DNA from: an uncultured Acidobacteriota bacterium
Lineage (GTDB): Bacteria; Acidobacteriota; Vicinamibacteria; Fen-336
Direction: 5' to 3'
Assembly (NCBI GenBank): GCA_963742595.1
Contig: CAVUMT010000001.1
Location: 3,854,314-3,918,313, forward strand
DNA length: 64,000 nt
Of the stretch, positions 46,169 through 54,673 are shown one piece after another. A program made the translations under genes and the position numbers. Position 1 is the first letter of the stretch; each line of letters begins with the position of its first letter. The notes below the pieces were generated by a model that worked only from the letters and a program-made list of their open reading frames with translations, did not search any database and was not told the origin of the DNA.

Positions 46169-46498
46169 TCACGCGTTCTCCTTCGCGAAGAAGGCCGCGG
46201 CTTTTTTTAGGATGTCGCGCTCCATCCGCAGCTCGCGGTTCTCCTTGCGCAGCCGCGCGAGCTCCGCACGCTCCTCGGTGGTCAGGCCCGTCTTGCCCTT
46301 GGATCGGTCCGCGCTCGCATGGGAGACCCACGTCGCCACGGAATTGGCACTCAGGTCCAGGTCGCGAGCAACCTGGGCGATCGTCTTGCCTTCGTCCAGC
46401 ACCAGGCGCACCGCCCCGGCCTTGAACTCCTCCGTGAACGCCCGCCGCAGACGCTTGCTCCTACCCTCTTGCTCCTTCATGCTCGACATCGTATCCAC
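46169..46498 (-). CDS. IS3 transposase OrfA (HTH)
   Basis: MDTMSSMKEQEGRSKRLRRAFTEEFKAGAVRLV...; AAAAAAG heptamer at its end. Confidence 0.8.
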   Translation of the reverse strand: MDTMSSMKEQEGRSKRLRRAFTEEFKAGAVRLVLDEGKTIAQVARDLDLSANSVATWVSHASADRSKGKTGLTTEERAELARLRKENRELRMERDILKKAAAFFAKENA

Positions 46499-46538
46499 CT
46501 TTCATCGGGTGTCTACGAAATCGGGTCAAGCCCAGTCC

Positions 46539-46630
46539 GCCCAACACCGGGGTTGAGCTGCAAGCCTCCCCCGGCCAGCCGGGCCCGCAACCGTGGCTTG
46601 TCAGGTCCAGATACCCCTTGTTGGGCCGCG
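46539..46630. other. attC-like site (b)
   Basis: cccAACACcggggttgAGCTGCAAG...CTTGTCAGGTccagatacccCTTGTTgggc; IS copy 1 inserted 2-4 bp from its edge. Confidence 0.65.
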
Positions 46631-46641
46631 CCTTCACTCCG

Positions 46642-47397
46642 CTAGCCGGTAGACCTGACGAGCAAAGCCGACCGGGTCTTGGGCTTCGCCACTGATGGCC
46701 CTGTCAAGATAGCCCAGTCGGAGTTCTGAATGAGCGCCTCCATAGCATGGAATGGCTTTGCCGGAGGCCTCCACGCTCCGTCATGGCAGTGACTCAGAAG
46801 AGTTCCTCCATCCTCCAATCTGATCGCCAGCGCGTCGAGGGCGGCTTGCCGCTCGTCTGGAGCGAATACCTGAAGGGTGCGACGCTCAATGATGAGGTCA
46901 AACGGACCCCTACAGAGGGACGGGTCCACAATGCTGCCGACCACGTACTCCAAGGTACCGCCGGGTCGTCGGAGACTTGGGTTGAGCATCCGCTCGGATT
47001 CTCCGGGCCGAGGATCCCAGGTCTGTGCCAGCCTCAGGGCGACGGGAGATATGTCGAGGGCAACCACTTGAAGGCCTGCTTCGGCAAGGACCCGAGGCTC
47101 CTGCGACATCCCGCAACCAGCACAGAAAACCCGCGTCATGACATGACGGTTCATGAATTCAACTAGTTCGGTATCGTCGCAGAACATGTCGAACAATGGC
47201 GGGGCAAGTCCGTGGGCCACCTGCTCGCTCCAGTATTGGTCCCATGCAGCCGGGTCCCTTGTAGTGGAAGGAGGAAGGAGCCACCCGAGCTCATCTGCCC
47301 TTGCCTTCAGCCGCGAGGCCGCCAAGGCCCTGGCCGAGGTCCCCGGGTCGTAGCCTCTGGTGAACCAGTCCAGAAGGCCGCGAAGCGCTCGGATCAT
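46642..47397 (-). CDS. Cassette ORF: class I SAM-dependent methyltransferase-like
   Basis: Intact 251 aa; ...VFCAGCGMSQEPRVLAEAGLQVVALDISPVA... Confidence 0.55.
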   Translation of the reverse strand: MIRALRGLLDWFTRGYDPGTSARALAASRLKARADELGWLLPPSTTRDPAAWDQYWSEQVAHGLAPPLFDMFCDDTELVEFMNRHVMTRVFCAGCGMSQEPRVLAEAGLQVVALDISPVALRLAQTWDPRPGESERMLNPSLRRPGGTLEYVVGSIVDPSLCRGPFDLIIERRTLQVFAPDERQAALDALAIRLEDGGTLLSHCHDGAWRPPAKPFHAMEALIQNSDWAILTGPSVAKPKTRSALLVRSTG

Positions 47398-47413
47398 CGC
47401 CCCCTCCCTAACG

Positions 47414-47488
47414 TCGGCCCAACACCAGATCAGCTGTGGCGCTCAAGTCCTGCCGGCGCCGTCAGCCGCATCTTGTTGTTCTACGGCC
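47414..47488. other. attC-like site (c)
   Basis: ggcccAACACcagatcAGCTGtggcgc...gcgccgtCAGCcgcatctTGTTGTTc. Confidence 0.6.
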
Positions 47489-47496
47489 TCGCTCTT

Positions 47497-47718
47497 CTAT
47501 GAGGCTCGAACAGCCAGGATGTCGTTCGCGGCTACCGAGCGCAGGTCGGCCGCCGGCAACGTAAGCAAGGCCTTGGTGTGACCAGACGCGCGAACAAACT
47601 CCACCTCGAGAGCATCTGATCCGTGGAGCTCAACGACGGCACCGAGATCACCCGCACGCAAACCATGCTCAGGGAGATCTCGGTTTAGTACCACAGTATC
47701 CAGCAGCGCAAACTTCAT
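47497..47718 (-). CDS. Cassette ORF: DUF4926-like small protein
   Basis: 73 aa; ...VVLNRDLPEHGLRAGDLGAVVELHGSDALEVEF... Confidence 0.5.
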   Translation of the reverse strand: MKFALLDTVVLNRDLPEHGLRAGDLGAVVELHGSDALEVEFVRASGHTKALLTLPAADLRSVAANDILAVRAS

Positions 47719-47720
47719 GC

Positions 47721-48050
47721 TTACCTCGGGCGAACGGTGACGAGCCTGACATCAGCGCGCCCTGGTTCCTGGACCCACACCGTCACCACCGCTAGGCTTC
47801 CTGTGGGTCCAGTCAGATCGCCACGAACAGTGTACTTCCGCCCATAGTCGAAGTCCTCCACCTCGGCAACGTCTCCCACCACCGCGATGCGCCGAACTTC
47901 GGCAATAAAGTCGTCCGCCTTCGCATCGTCAAAGCCTACAGCGGCGAAGACCCTGGCCTTGAATCGCCCAACAGGATGGGTTGGGGACAGGAGGTAGGCG
48001 CGAATCTTGTGGGCGTCGATCTGGACCGCCTCAGCCTGCGGGAGCTTCAC
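47721..48050 (-). CDS. Cassette ORF: DUF6883-like partner of DUF4926 (putative toxin-antitoxin-like pair)
   Basis: 109 aa; 2 bp upstream of the DUF4926 ORF. Confidence 0.4.
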   Translation of the reverse strand: MKLPQAEAVQIDAHKIRAYLLSPTHPVGRFKARVFAAVGFDDAKADDFIAEVRRIAVVGDVAEVEDFDYGRKYTVRGDLTGPTGSLAVVTVWVQEPGRADVRLVTVRPR

Positions 48051-48607
48051 TCCTCGTCTCTCTCCTCACGGTCCGTCGAACTCCAAGGATCGGCTGCGAA
48101 GCACGACTCAATGACGCCGGCGCGCGAAGGCGCGCCTACGAAAGGAACACCGCGCTTCGTCAGCTGCATCCGCTTGTTCGGCTGCCGCTGCAGGACTTCA
48201 GAGGACTCAATGTCAACAGCAAGGTGCCAGCGCAGGCCACGATTCTCTGCCTCTTCCAGGAGATGCTGAAAGCCGACCAGTTCCAACGTCACGCCCCTGC
48301 TCTCGGGGATGGCTCCGGGATGATCGTCGAGGTACGCGATCAGAGCTCGAACGGTAGCCAACCCTTCGGCAGGCGCAAACCATTCTTCTTCGGGAACGGT
48401 CTCGGCTGTGAGACCTGTGTTGAACTGCTCAGCTTCGGCCAAAGCGTCCGCGGGATTCATGCTGAAGAAGGACATCAGCGAAGCAACCCCCAGCTTCTCC
48501 GCAAGCTTCCCAAGTTCTTCGTCGGCGCGCGAAAGATCATGACCGTCGACGTAAGTGTCAAAGCCGGGAGCGTCGGTGTTCAGAACGATGTAGAGCGCAG
48601 CGCCCAT
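48047..48607 (-). CDS. Cassette ORF: hypothetical protein (C-terminus reads through attC_d)
   Basis: 186 aa; C-terminal ...NKRMQLTKRG... encoded by the attC arm. Confidence 0.45.
   Translation of the reverse strand: MGAALYIVLNTDAPGFDTYVDGHDLSRADEELGKLAEKLGVASLMSFFSMNPADALAEAEQFNTGLTAETVPEEEWFAPAEGLATVRALIAYLDDHPGAIPESRGVTLELVGFQHLLEEAENRGLRWHLAVDIESSEVLQRQPNKRMQLTKRGVPFVGAPSRAGVIESCFAADPWSSTDREERDEE
48072..48184. other. attC-like site (d)
   Basis: gtcgAACtccaaggatcgGCTGCGAAGc...gCTTCGtCAGCTgcatccgcTTGTTcggc. Confidence 0.7.
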
Positions 48608-48620
48608 CGTTAGCTCAGGT

Positions 48621-48697
48621 CAGCCGAACACTGAGGATAACCTGTGAAGCTCCTTCGCTTGCGCTGGCTTCGCCAGGTTCATCTCTTGTTGGGCCGC
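48621..48697. other. attC-like site (e)
   Basis: gccgAACACtgaggataaCCTGTGAAGc...gCTTCGCCAGGttcatctcTTGTTgggc. Confidence 0.7.
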
Positions 48698-48963
48698 CCC
48701 GTCGATCCCCCGAGGCGCGACACGCGAATCCGGGAACAACTCTGCTGCAGCTTCTGGTTGAGATAGCTAGGATCGCGTGCAGCATGACGCTTGATCCGAT
48801 AGATGTTGTATGCGTCCATCAGGCAGTAGCAGGTGACGAGCATGAGGGGAATCAGCGTCGCCTTGCCTGGGTACTTGTAGGCGAGGCCGAGTAGTCCCAC
48901 GATTACCACGCTCAGGAACTTGACCGACGCCTGAGATTGCCGGAGCGCCGTCTTGTACTTCAC
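48679..48963 (-). CDS. Cassette ORF: small 2-TM membrane protein
   Basis: 94 aa; hydrophobic. Confidence 0.4.
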   Translation of the reverse strand: MKYKTALRQSQASVKFLSVVIVGLLGLAYKYPGKATLIPLMLVTCYCLMDAYNIYRIKRHAARDPSYLNQKLQQSCSRIRVSRLGGSTGRPNKR

Positions 48964-49168
48964 GCCCTCTCACCCCGTAGCAGTAACGCTTGCGCCATGC
49001 TTCGCGGAGGGAACGCTGGCGACCGTCACTTGCACGACGCCGTTAGCAGCAGACGTCGCAGAGCAACGGACCTCAACGTCGGACTGGAATTCCTCCGCCC
49101 AAGCCCACGACGCTGCGACCGCACTCCTCGCACCTCCACGCGTCTGCTTCCCGTTCGACCTTATCCGT

Positions 49169-49253
49169 CCGCAGAACACTGCGGATGAGCTGCGAACGGC
49201 GCCTCCGTCTTGGCTCGGGCGACGTTCGTCAGCTCCATCCGCTCGTTCGCCCG
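49169..49253. other. attC-like site (f)
   Basis: gcagAACACtgcggatgAGCTGCGAAcg...cgTTCGtCAGCTccatccgcTCGTTcgc. Confidence 0.7.
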
Positions 49254-49262
49254 CTCGCTCAC

Positions 49263-49502
49263 CTACTTCGGAACATCCTCCAGTCGGGTCCCGAGGCCGG
49301 CTCTGATTGCAGTCCGTGCCTGCTCGATCTGGCGTAAAAACTCCGGATGATTCTCAAGCCTGTACTCGAACCAGTCATCCTCGCTTTCGAAACCGATCAA
49401 CACGCCGGCTGGTCTTCCGTGGCGGGTGATCAGAATCTCCCGGTCGGCTGCGAGCTTTAGGTACCGCGAGAGGTCGTCCTTCACCTCCGCCAAGGCGACC
49501 CG
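49263..49502 (-). CDS. Cassette ORF: Phd/YefM-family antitoxin
   Basis: ...LAEVKDDLSRYLKLAADREILITRHGRPAGVLIGFESEDDWFEYRLENHPEF... Confidence 0.6.
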   Translation of the reverse strand, partial: RVALAEVKDDLSRYLKLAADREILITRHGRPAGVLIGFESEDDWFEYRLENHPEFLRQIEQARTAIRAGLGTRLEDVPK

Positions 49503-49797
49503 GCGGGGTTGGGGTAGCCTCTTGCGCGAGCCAGCCCTCCGCCTGCTCCTTCGGGATGATGGCGAGGACTTCAACCGTCGTTTCCGTGACGTCATAGAAC
49601 ACCCTAACCTCATTCACCCTGAGCCGATACTGCGGCCGATTCAGTCCACGCAAGCGCTTGATACGACTCTTGCTGAGCTTGGTCGGCTCGTGGCGCAGGT
49701 GCAGCTCGATGGCATCCCGGACTCCCGTCTGGAAGTCAGCTCTCAGGGCCTTCAGACCCCTGACAGCCTGAGGGGCCAAGACGATCTCGAACGGCAT
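49500..49797 (-). CDS. Cassette ORF: RelE/ParE-family toxin (ORF track extends to 49375 without a stop)
   Basis: MPFEIVLAPQAVRGLKAL...SRIKRLRGLNRPQYRLRVNEVRVFYDVTETTVEVLAIIPK... Confidence 0.6.
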
Positions 49798-49844
49798 CTG
49801 GCCAGATTATAGCCAGAATGCTATCTCGTCGCTCCCTCAATGTC

Positions 49845-49958
49845 GGGCGAACACCAAGGATCAGCTGCAAAGCGCGACTCAGTTAAGGAAGCCGATCCGC
49901 GGAACCCTTCCTCCAAGTCTAGCTCGCGCTTTGCCAGCTGCATCCGCTCGTTGGACGG
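49845..49958. other. attC-like site (g), long-loop variant
   Basis: cgAACACcaaggatcAGCTGCAAAGcgcgactcag...ctagctcgcgCTTTGcCAGCTGcatccgcTCGTTggac. Confidence 0.65.
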
Positions 49959-50345
49959 CTCCCTCGATCTCTGGCTTTACGTGGTGCGTTCCATGGCTCT
50001 TCGAACTCTCCAAGCGTAGATCCCGCTTCACGTAAGGCCACTCGCTTCCCAAGGAGGCGTGGCGCGGCGCGTGCTCGCCCTGCAAGGGATGTGACGCCCC
50101 TCGGGACGCCATAGCTCCCTTCATTGCCCAGCAACCTCATGATGCCAGATCCCCGACGAGTGCCGCGAAGGTCTGCGCTCTCGCGGGAGACTCCACTGCC
50201 CAGCTCACTCTTCGCTCGCGGAGTCCTCTCGATTGCCGTGGGGGCGGCGCATCCCTTGCTACCACTGCACGCGACGTGACACGCCGGATTCGAACGACGA
50301 TCTCCACCTACTCACCGCGTCCGTTTCCCACACGATCCGTTAGGC
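49958..50345. repeat. About 390-bp cassette-like element (copy 1), no convincing ORF; duplicated at 55591-55980
   Basis: Near-identical to 55591-55980 (starts ggctccctcg(a/c)tctctggctttacgtggtgcgttccatggctc...). Confidence 0.75.
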
Positions 50346-50428
50346 CGTCCAACACTGGATTGAGCTGCAAAGGCCGCGGTTCCTCGCCGGCGCGGACTTC
50401 GTCTGCTCCAATCCTTTGTTGGGCGGCA
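50346..50428. other. attC-like site (h)
   Basis: gtccAACACtggattgAGCTGCAAAGg...cTTCGtCTGCTccaatccTTTGTTgggc. Confidence 0.7.
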
Positions 50429-50441
50429 CCGTGATTCCACC

Positions 50442-50780
50442 TCATCGTAACGCTGACGCATCGCCCGTGCGACGCGCACGCCTCACGCGGCCGAGCCATA
50501 AGACTAGCCCCACGAACAGGGATGCGGCGATCAGGGATGCCACTGCTGCGTCGACCACGGGACCAACAATGTATCTCGCCTCGAAGATGTTGAGGCTCCC
50601 CCAGAGGAGCCAACAGAGTCCGCCCGCAACGACGTTCAACGGTAGGAAGAGCCACGAGAAGACTGCTTCGAACGCGGAGAACCAGGACTCGCTCTGATTG
50701 CTGGTCACGAAGACCCACCAGCAGAGTATGTGGAGACCTGAATAGCCGTAGACGGCGCTGACAACCCACCGTACGTTCAT
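50442..50780 (-). CDS. Cassette ORF: small membrane protein
   Basis: 112 aa; 3-4 TM. Confidence 0.45.
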   Translation of the reverse strand: MNVRWVVSAVYGYSGLHILCWWVFVTSNQSESWFSAFEAVFSWLFLPLNVVAGGLCWLLWGSLNIFEARYIVGPVVDAAVASLIAASLFVGLVLWLGRVRRARRTGDASALR

Positions 50781-50794
50781 GATTCAGTCAATCT

Positions 50795-50880
50795 CAGACA
50801 AGTTGGTTCGGAGGCGGCCAGTGTGGCTTCGTGCCCCTCAGCATGTCCGCCCGCTCACGAAGGGCCCAATGTTCCTACCG
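50795..50880. other. Degenerate attC-like site (i)
   Basis: ggccagtgtggCTTCGTGcccc...gctCACGAAGggcccaatgttcc; correct position between cassettes but atypical arms. Confidence 0.35.
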
Positions 50881-50901
50881 GCCGCTCGCGGCGCGACGAG
50901 T

Positions 50902-51189
50902 TCATGCGACCTCCATCTCATGTGGGGCAAGGCCAATGCTGTGGCTGCGGGATCCGTCGCTTTCATCCCAGACCCTCTCGACCCAGGCAGAGCCGAACTC
51001 GTCGATCTCATACACCTCAAAGACTGCCCCGAGCATGGACTCGATGTCCGGCCGCTCATCAACCGGCAGCTTTGCGATTAGCGACACCGGAATCTCAAGT
51101 ACACGCACTCTTGTGCCCACCGTGATCTGCCGGCCTGACCGGTCGGTCGTCGCCTTATGTTGCTGCATCGTCAAATGCCCGCCCAACAC
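50902..51189 (-). CDS. Cassette ORF: hypothetical soluble protein
   Basis: 95 aa; no family recognised. Confidence 0.4.
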   Translation of the reverse strand: MLGGHLTMQQHKATTDRSGRQITVGTRVRVLEIPVSLIAKLPVDERPDIESMLGAVFEVYEIDEFGSAWVERVWDESDGSRSHSIGLAPHEMEVA

Positions 51190-51258
51190 TGGATTAAGCT
51201 GCGAAGCGCGTCCAATCTAGCCACCGCGCTTCGTCAGCTTCAATCCATTGTTCGACGG
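51177..51258. other. attC-like site (j)
   Basis: cgcccAACACtggattaAGCTGCGAAGcgcg...cgcgCTTCGtCAGCTtcaatccaTTGTTcgac. Confidence 0.75.
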
Positions 51259-51295
51259 CCCTTCACTTGGAGGCGTCGCCTCTCAACCACCGTTC

Positions 51296-51631
51296 TCATC
51301 CGGTCACGACACCCAAAACGACCAGGACGCTCACGCCAACGGCGAAACATGCCGTCAGCACCATCTCTGAGTTGGCAAGTCCAACGCCCGCTCTCCGCCC
51401 TCGAACGATGCACACCACGGAGACCAGTAGGTACACAGGTGACGCCCAAAGCGCCATTCCCAGCCCCACGAGAAGCAGAGTAGCTGGACTCGGAGATGTA
51501 TGGACGTTGAGAGCCGGCGCGGCCAGGCCTCCTAGCACGCCCAGACCAACGACTACCCATCCTGATCGCACGAGCCATGACGGGAGGACGCCGTCGTCAA
51601 CTGTAGAATCGCTGTGCCCAACTCCGGTCAT
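51296..51631 (-). CDS. Cassette ORF: small membrane protein
   Basis: 111 aa; 3 TM. Confidence 0.45.
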   Translation of the reverse strand: MTGVGHSDSTVDDGVLPSWLVRSGWVVVGLGVLGGLAAPALNVHTSPSPATLLLVGLGMALWASPVYLLVSVVCIVRGRRAGVGLANSEMVLTACFAVGVSVLVVLGVVTG

Positions 51632-51687
51632 CGCGCCCCGGAGACTGAGTTGTCAGCTCGGCAGGTCATCATCTCCGCTTCACTCGG

Positions 51688-51766
51688 TCCGTCGAACACC
51701 GGGGATAAGCTGCGAGCGTCCAATATGCTCAACGCTCGTCTGCTTCATCCCCTTGTTCGACGCCGC
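51688..51766. other. attC-like site (k)
   Basis: gtcgAACACcggggataAGCTGCGAGCGtccaatatgctcaACGCTCGtCTGCTtcatccccTTGTTcgac; near-identical to site p. Confidence 0.75.
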
Positions 51767-52307
51767 CGCCCTTCCGCCGAGCCACACCACTGGGCTCAGA
51801 CTCTACTCCCCAGAATGCCGATAGCGCTTGAATCATCGAACGCGCACGCGACCTTGCGGTGTACTGGTGCGCGAATCCGACAGCTGCCATGAACACGAGC
51901 CAGCCACCCAGGAACCTGGCTTCGTTCGCATGCCAGGCGAGGCCGAGAAGGCTGATGCCAGCCAACACGCACACAGCCGAGACGAGGTTGCCCCAGGGAT
52001 CCTCGGTGAGCTCAACCCTCACCATGCTCGCCATACTTTCGGCTGGCTTGACGACGCCTTGGGCACGGAAGCGGCTTCGGAGGACTAAGTAGAGGATGTC
52101 GAACTTGTCGCCTTCGGCTGCGACGCTCGCGAGGAACAGGCCGCGTGGCGACCATCGATGACTTGGCGGAACCTGCCGGACATCCGTCGCCTTCCTCAAC
52201 CTCGCGACGACCTCTGCGGGAGGCTCCCCTAGGGTGATATCAGCCGCGGCGATCATTCGCCACATGGCCAGCGTGCCTCCAGCGCTCCTCGACAAGGCGG
52301 CGAACAC
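51729..52307 (-). CDS. Cassette ORF: hypothetical membrane protein (C-terminus ...QGDEADER encoded by attC)
   Basis: 192 aa ORF; shares its attC-encoded tail with the ORF at 54637. Confidence 0.4.
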   Translation of the reverse strand: MFAALSRSAGGTLAMWRMIAAADITLGEPPAEVVARLRKATDVRQVPPSHRWSPRGLFLASVAAEGDKFDILYLVLRSRFRAQGVVKPAESMASMVRVELTEDPWGNLVSAVCVLAGISLLGLAWHANEARFLGGWLVFMAAVGFAHQYTARSRARSMIQALSAFWGVESEPSGVARRKGGGVEQGDEADER

Positions 52308-52378
52308 TGAGATGAGCTGCGAGGGCCGCGCCGCCTCGCCGTCGCGGACCTCGTCAGCTCCATCTCATTGTTGGGCGT
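52297..52378. other. attC-like site (l)
   Basis: gcgAACACtgagatgAGCTGCGAGGgccgcg...cgcggaCCTCGtCAGCTccatctcaTTGTTgggc; gagatg/catctc covary. Confidence 0.75.
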
Positions 52379-52449
52379 CTGGTGATTTGGCTGACCTGCC
52401 CGGGCCACCTCGGCTTGCCCGCTGCCGGCGGAGCGAGGCAGGCACGCCC

Positions 52450-52866
52450 TCACTTGCGGTACGCAGACGCAAATGGCCCGTAAAGCACCGGAGCCTCTTT
52501 GTCGCGAGAGCGCTTCTCGATGACTACCGTGACGTTGTCACCCGACCGATACACCGCGTACCGCGGCCACGACGACCCACTGGAGGAGATGCGACATTTC
52601 GAGTAGTCGGGTCCGAGGGGGGGACCGGCGTAAACGTGTCTCGGGTCAGACAGCTGCCCTTTCGATTCGAGAGTCTTGATAAGCGCTTCAAGCGCCGGCT
52701 CGCACTCCTCCAGCGGCACCGCTTTGCTCGCCACGGCGTTCACGGGCGACGCGATCGTGCTCGCAAGGAGGGCACAGAGCACGCCCCTCGCAAGCCAGCG
52801 CGGCGGGGAGGCGAAGGCAAGATCGTTTTCCGTCTGCATGGACCCTCTATTGCACGCCCAACACAT
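52450..52866 (-). CDS. Cassette ORF: small secreted protein
   Basis: Signal-like ...LARGVLCALLASTIASPVNA... Confidence 0.45.
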   Translation of the reverse strand: MCWACNRGSMQTENDLAFASPPRWLARGVLCALLASTIASPVNAVASKAVPLEECEPALEALIKTLESKGQLSDPRHVYAGPPLGPDYSKCRISSSGSSWPRYAVYRSGDNVTVVIEKRSRDKEAPVLYGPFASAYRK

Positions 52867-52933
52867 GGATCAGCTGCGAGCGGCGTCCATTCTCGCCGCG
52901 CCGCTCGCCAGCTGCATCCATTTGTTATCCGGC
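52855..52933. other. attC-like site (m)
   Basis: gcccAACACatggatcAGCTGCGAGCGGCGtccattctcGCCGCGCCGCTCGcCAGCTGcatccatTTGTTatcc. Confidence 0.75.
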
Positions 52934-52953
52934 TGCTCCTTCCCGCGCAAGGC

Positions 52954-53451
52954 TCAGGGCTTCCCTGAAGCGGGCGCAACCACGAGAACACCAGTATCGG
53001 GATCCTTGGACCGCTCCTCGAAGGCAGCCTGGAGAGCCGCGTCCTTGAGGAGAGCATCGAAGTAACGCTTGGATGCGGTAACCAGGGCCGCGTAGAAGTC
53101 CTCTGCGTTCAGGACTGTGAGACCGCCATCCGTCGTGAGATGGACTTGGCTGTTGTGGTGAGTGAGCTTGTAGGGACCGGGTGAGAACCCATGAACGGCT
53201 GCGTTGCGGAGCTTCCACAGAGGATCGGCGTGGCTCGGGTACGGATCGGCGAAGTAGTCCTTCAGGAATCCCCTGAAGCGCGCACCATTTCCTTCGTTCG
53301 GCTTGAGAAAGCCACCGAGCGCCTCGATAGCCGTGAGGGAACAGATGAACGAGAGAAAGGCGCCATCATCGTTCAGGAGGCAGGGAATGCCCCCCAGGTA
53401 AATTCGGCCGAAGTTGCCTGCAACGTGCTTGATTAGGTCCGGCGTGCTCAT
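52954..53451 (-). CDS. Cassette ORF: hypothetical protein
   Basis: Intact 165 aa; soluble; no family recognised. Confidence 0.45.
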   Translation of the reverse strand: MSTPDLIKHVAGNFGRIYLGGIPCLLNDDGAFLSFICSLTAIEALGGFLKPNEGNGARFRGFLKDYFADPYPSHADPLWKLRNAAVHGFSPGPYKLTHHNSQVHLTTDGGLTVLNAEDFYAALVTASKRYFDALLKDAALQAAFEERSKDPDTGVLVVAPASGKP

Positions 53452-53482
53452 GCTCGTCTCCAGCCGCGCTCTTCAGATGTCC

Positions 53483-53556
53483 GGATAACACTGCGTTCAG
53501 CTGCGAGCGGCGTCCATTCTCGCCGCGCCGCTCGTCAGCTGCAACGCATTGTTCGA
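53483..53556. other. attC-like site (n)
   Basis: ggatAACACtgcgttcAGCTGCGAGCGGCG...CGCCGCTCGtCAGCTGcaacgcaTTGTTcgac; same loop as site m with covarying stem hexamer. Confidence 0.75.
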
Positions 53557-53564
53557 CGGTGCCT

Positions 53565-54062
53565 TCAAGGGTGCTCGCTCGCGGGCGCAGCGACACGTCG
53601 CTTGCGACGGTTCAGGTATGCCGCGCCGGCCCACCCGATCGCCCACCACTGAGCGCAGCTCACGACGACGAATACTCCAGTGGCGACCCAACTCGCAGCC
53701 CGTAGCCCCAGCCGGCCTTCGAAGGCCGCGGAGGTCAGAGCAGCGAAAAGCGCGCCTGGGAGGTTCACCAAGATCGCCGCCACCTTGAGGGGGCCGTCCT
53801 CCCAGTAGTGGCCTCCGAAGCCGCGCTCGGCCAGGACGAGCATCGAACGCGTACCGGAACGCAGATGGAACTCGACCCCCGTGGCGGTGTGAACCTCCCA
53901 CGAGTCGGGTGTCACAAAGTACTCGGCAGGCAGGCGAGGGGTGCTGACGACGAGGGCCAGCCAGAACGCTACGTGAACCGCTACGAGGCCGTTGGCGAGT
54001 GCAGTCACTCGCTCAGACACCCACGCCACCAGTTGCTCGCTCCTTGATCCATGTCCGAGCAT
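53565..54062 (-). CDS. Cassette ORF: membrane protein
   Basis: 165 aa; 4 TM. Confidence 0.45.
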   Translation of the reverse strand: MLGHGSRSEQLVAWVSERVTALANGLVAVHVAFWLALVVSTPRLPAEYFVTPDSWEVHTATGVEFHLRSGTRSMLVLAERGFGGHYWEDGPLKVAAILVNLPGALFAALTSAAFEGRLGLRAASWVATGVFVVVSCAQWWAIGWAGAAYLNRRKRRVAAPASEHP

Positions 54063-54064
54063 CC

Positions 54065-54140
54065 GTCGAACACTGGAGTTAAGCTGCGAAGCTCCGAAGT
54101 CTACCAGGCTTCGTCAGCTTCAACTCCTTGTTCGGCGGCC
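54065..54140. other. attC-like site (o)
   Basis: gtcgAACACtggagttaAGCTGCGAAGCtccgaagtctaccagGCTTCGtCAGCTtcaactccTTGTTcggc. Confidence 0.75.
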
Positions 54141-54161
54141 TCGCCCCACCCCCGAGATGTA

Positions 54162-54656
54162 TCACAGCAAGGGGATGTTGTAGTCGGGATACCGGAGTGG
54201 CGTCAGGTGCACCAACGCTGATATCGCGCACAAGAGCACGACGAGGAGAACCAGAATGATCCGCTCGGTTGGGCTTGTGGTCACTCCGTTCTGGCGTGCG
54301 CGGAAGACCTTCACCAGGGCGACTGGAATCCACACGAACGCTGCGAGATAACCCCAGCTGCCCAGCCACGCCAAACCGAAATCGACGTTCATGATACGAA
54401 GGTCGAACTGCGCACCACCGTTAGCGTCGATACGCAGTGGCTGCTCCGGCTGCCACCATTGGCCCGGCAGTCTAGGGAGGAGTAGCAGGAGATCAAAGAG
54501 GACGAGAGCAATCCCGAACGCACAGAGCCACCCGACCAGTCGCATTCGTCGGCTCAACACGGGCTGCGCGGTCGTCACGCGTCGCTCTCCAACGGTCCGC
54601 CGAACACTGGGGATAAGCTGCGAGCGTCCAATATGCTCAACGCTCGTCTGCTTCAT
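54162..54656 (-). CDS. Cassette ORF: membrane protein
   Basis: 164 aa ORF; likely starts at internal MRLVGWLCAFG...; 3-4 TM. Confidence 0.45.
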   Translation of the reverse strand: MKQTSVEHIGRSQLIPSVRRTVGERRVTTAQPVLSRRMRLVGWLCAFGIALVLFDLLLLLPRLPGQWWQPEQPLRIDANGGAQFDLRIMNVDFGLAWLGSWGYLAAFVWIPVALVKVFRARQNGVTTSPTERIILVLLVVLLCAISALVHLTPLRYPDYNIPLL

Positions 54657-54673
54657 CCCCTTGTTGGACCGCC
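54597..54673. other. attC-like site (p)
   Basis: gccgAACACtggggataAGCTGCGAGCGtccaatatgctcaACGCTCGtCTGCTtcatccccTTGTTggac. Confidence 0.75.

Larger units (their letters stand above)
45269..46534 (-). mobile_element. IS3-family insertion sequence, copy 1 (1266 bp)
   Basis: Ends TGGGCTTGACCCG...CGGGTCAAGCCCA (about 26-bp imperfect inverted repeats); flanking gtc/gtc consistent with a 3-bp target-site duplication; orfA/orfB with A6G slippery site. Confidence 0.8.

Noticed and set aside
50200-50310. ggattcgaacg, reverse complement of the tRNA T-loop motif GTTCGAATCC, inside the 390-bp element (also at 55925)
   Set aside because: Flanking bases cannot form a T-stem or acceptor stem, and there is no cloverleaf. 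No tRNA called.
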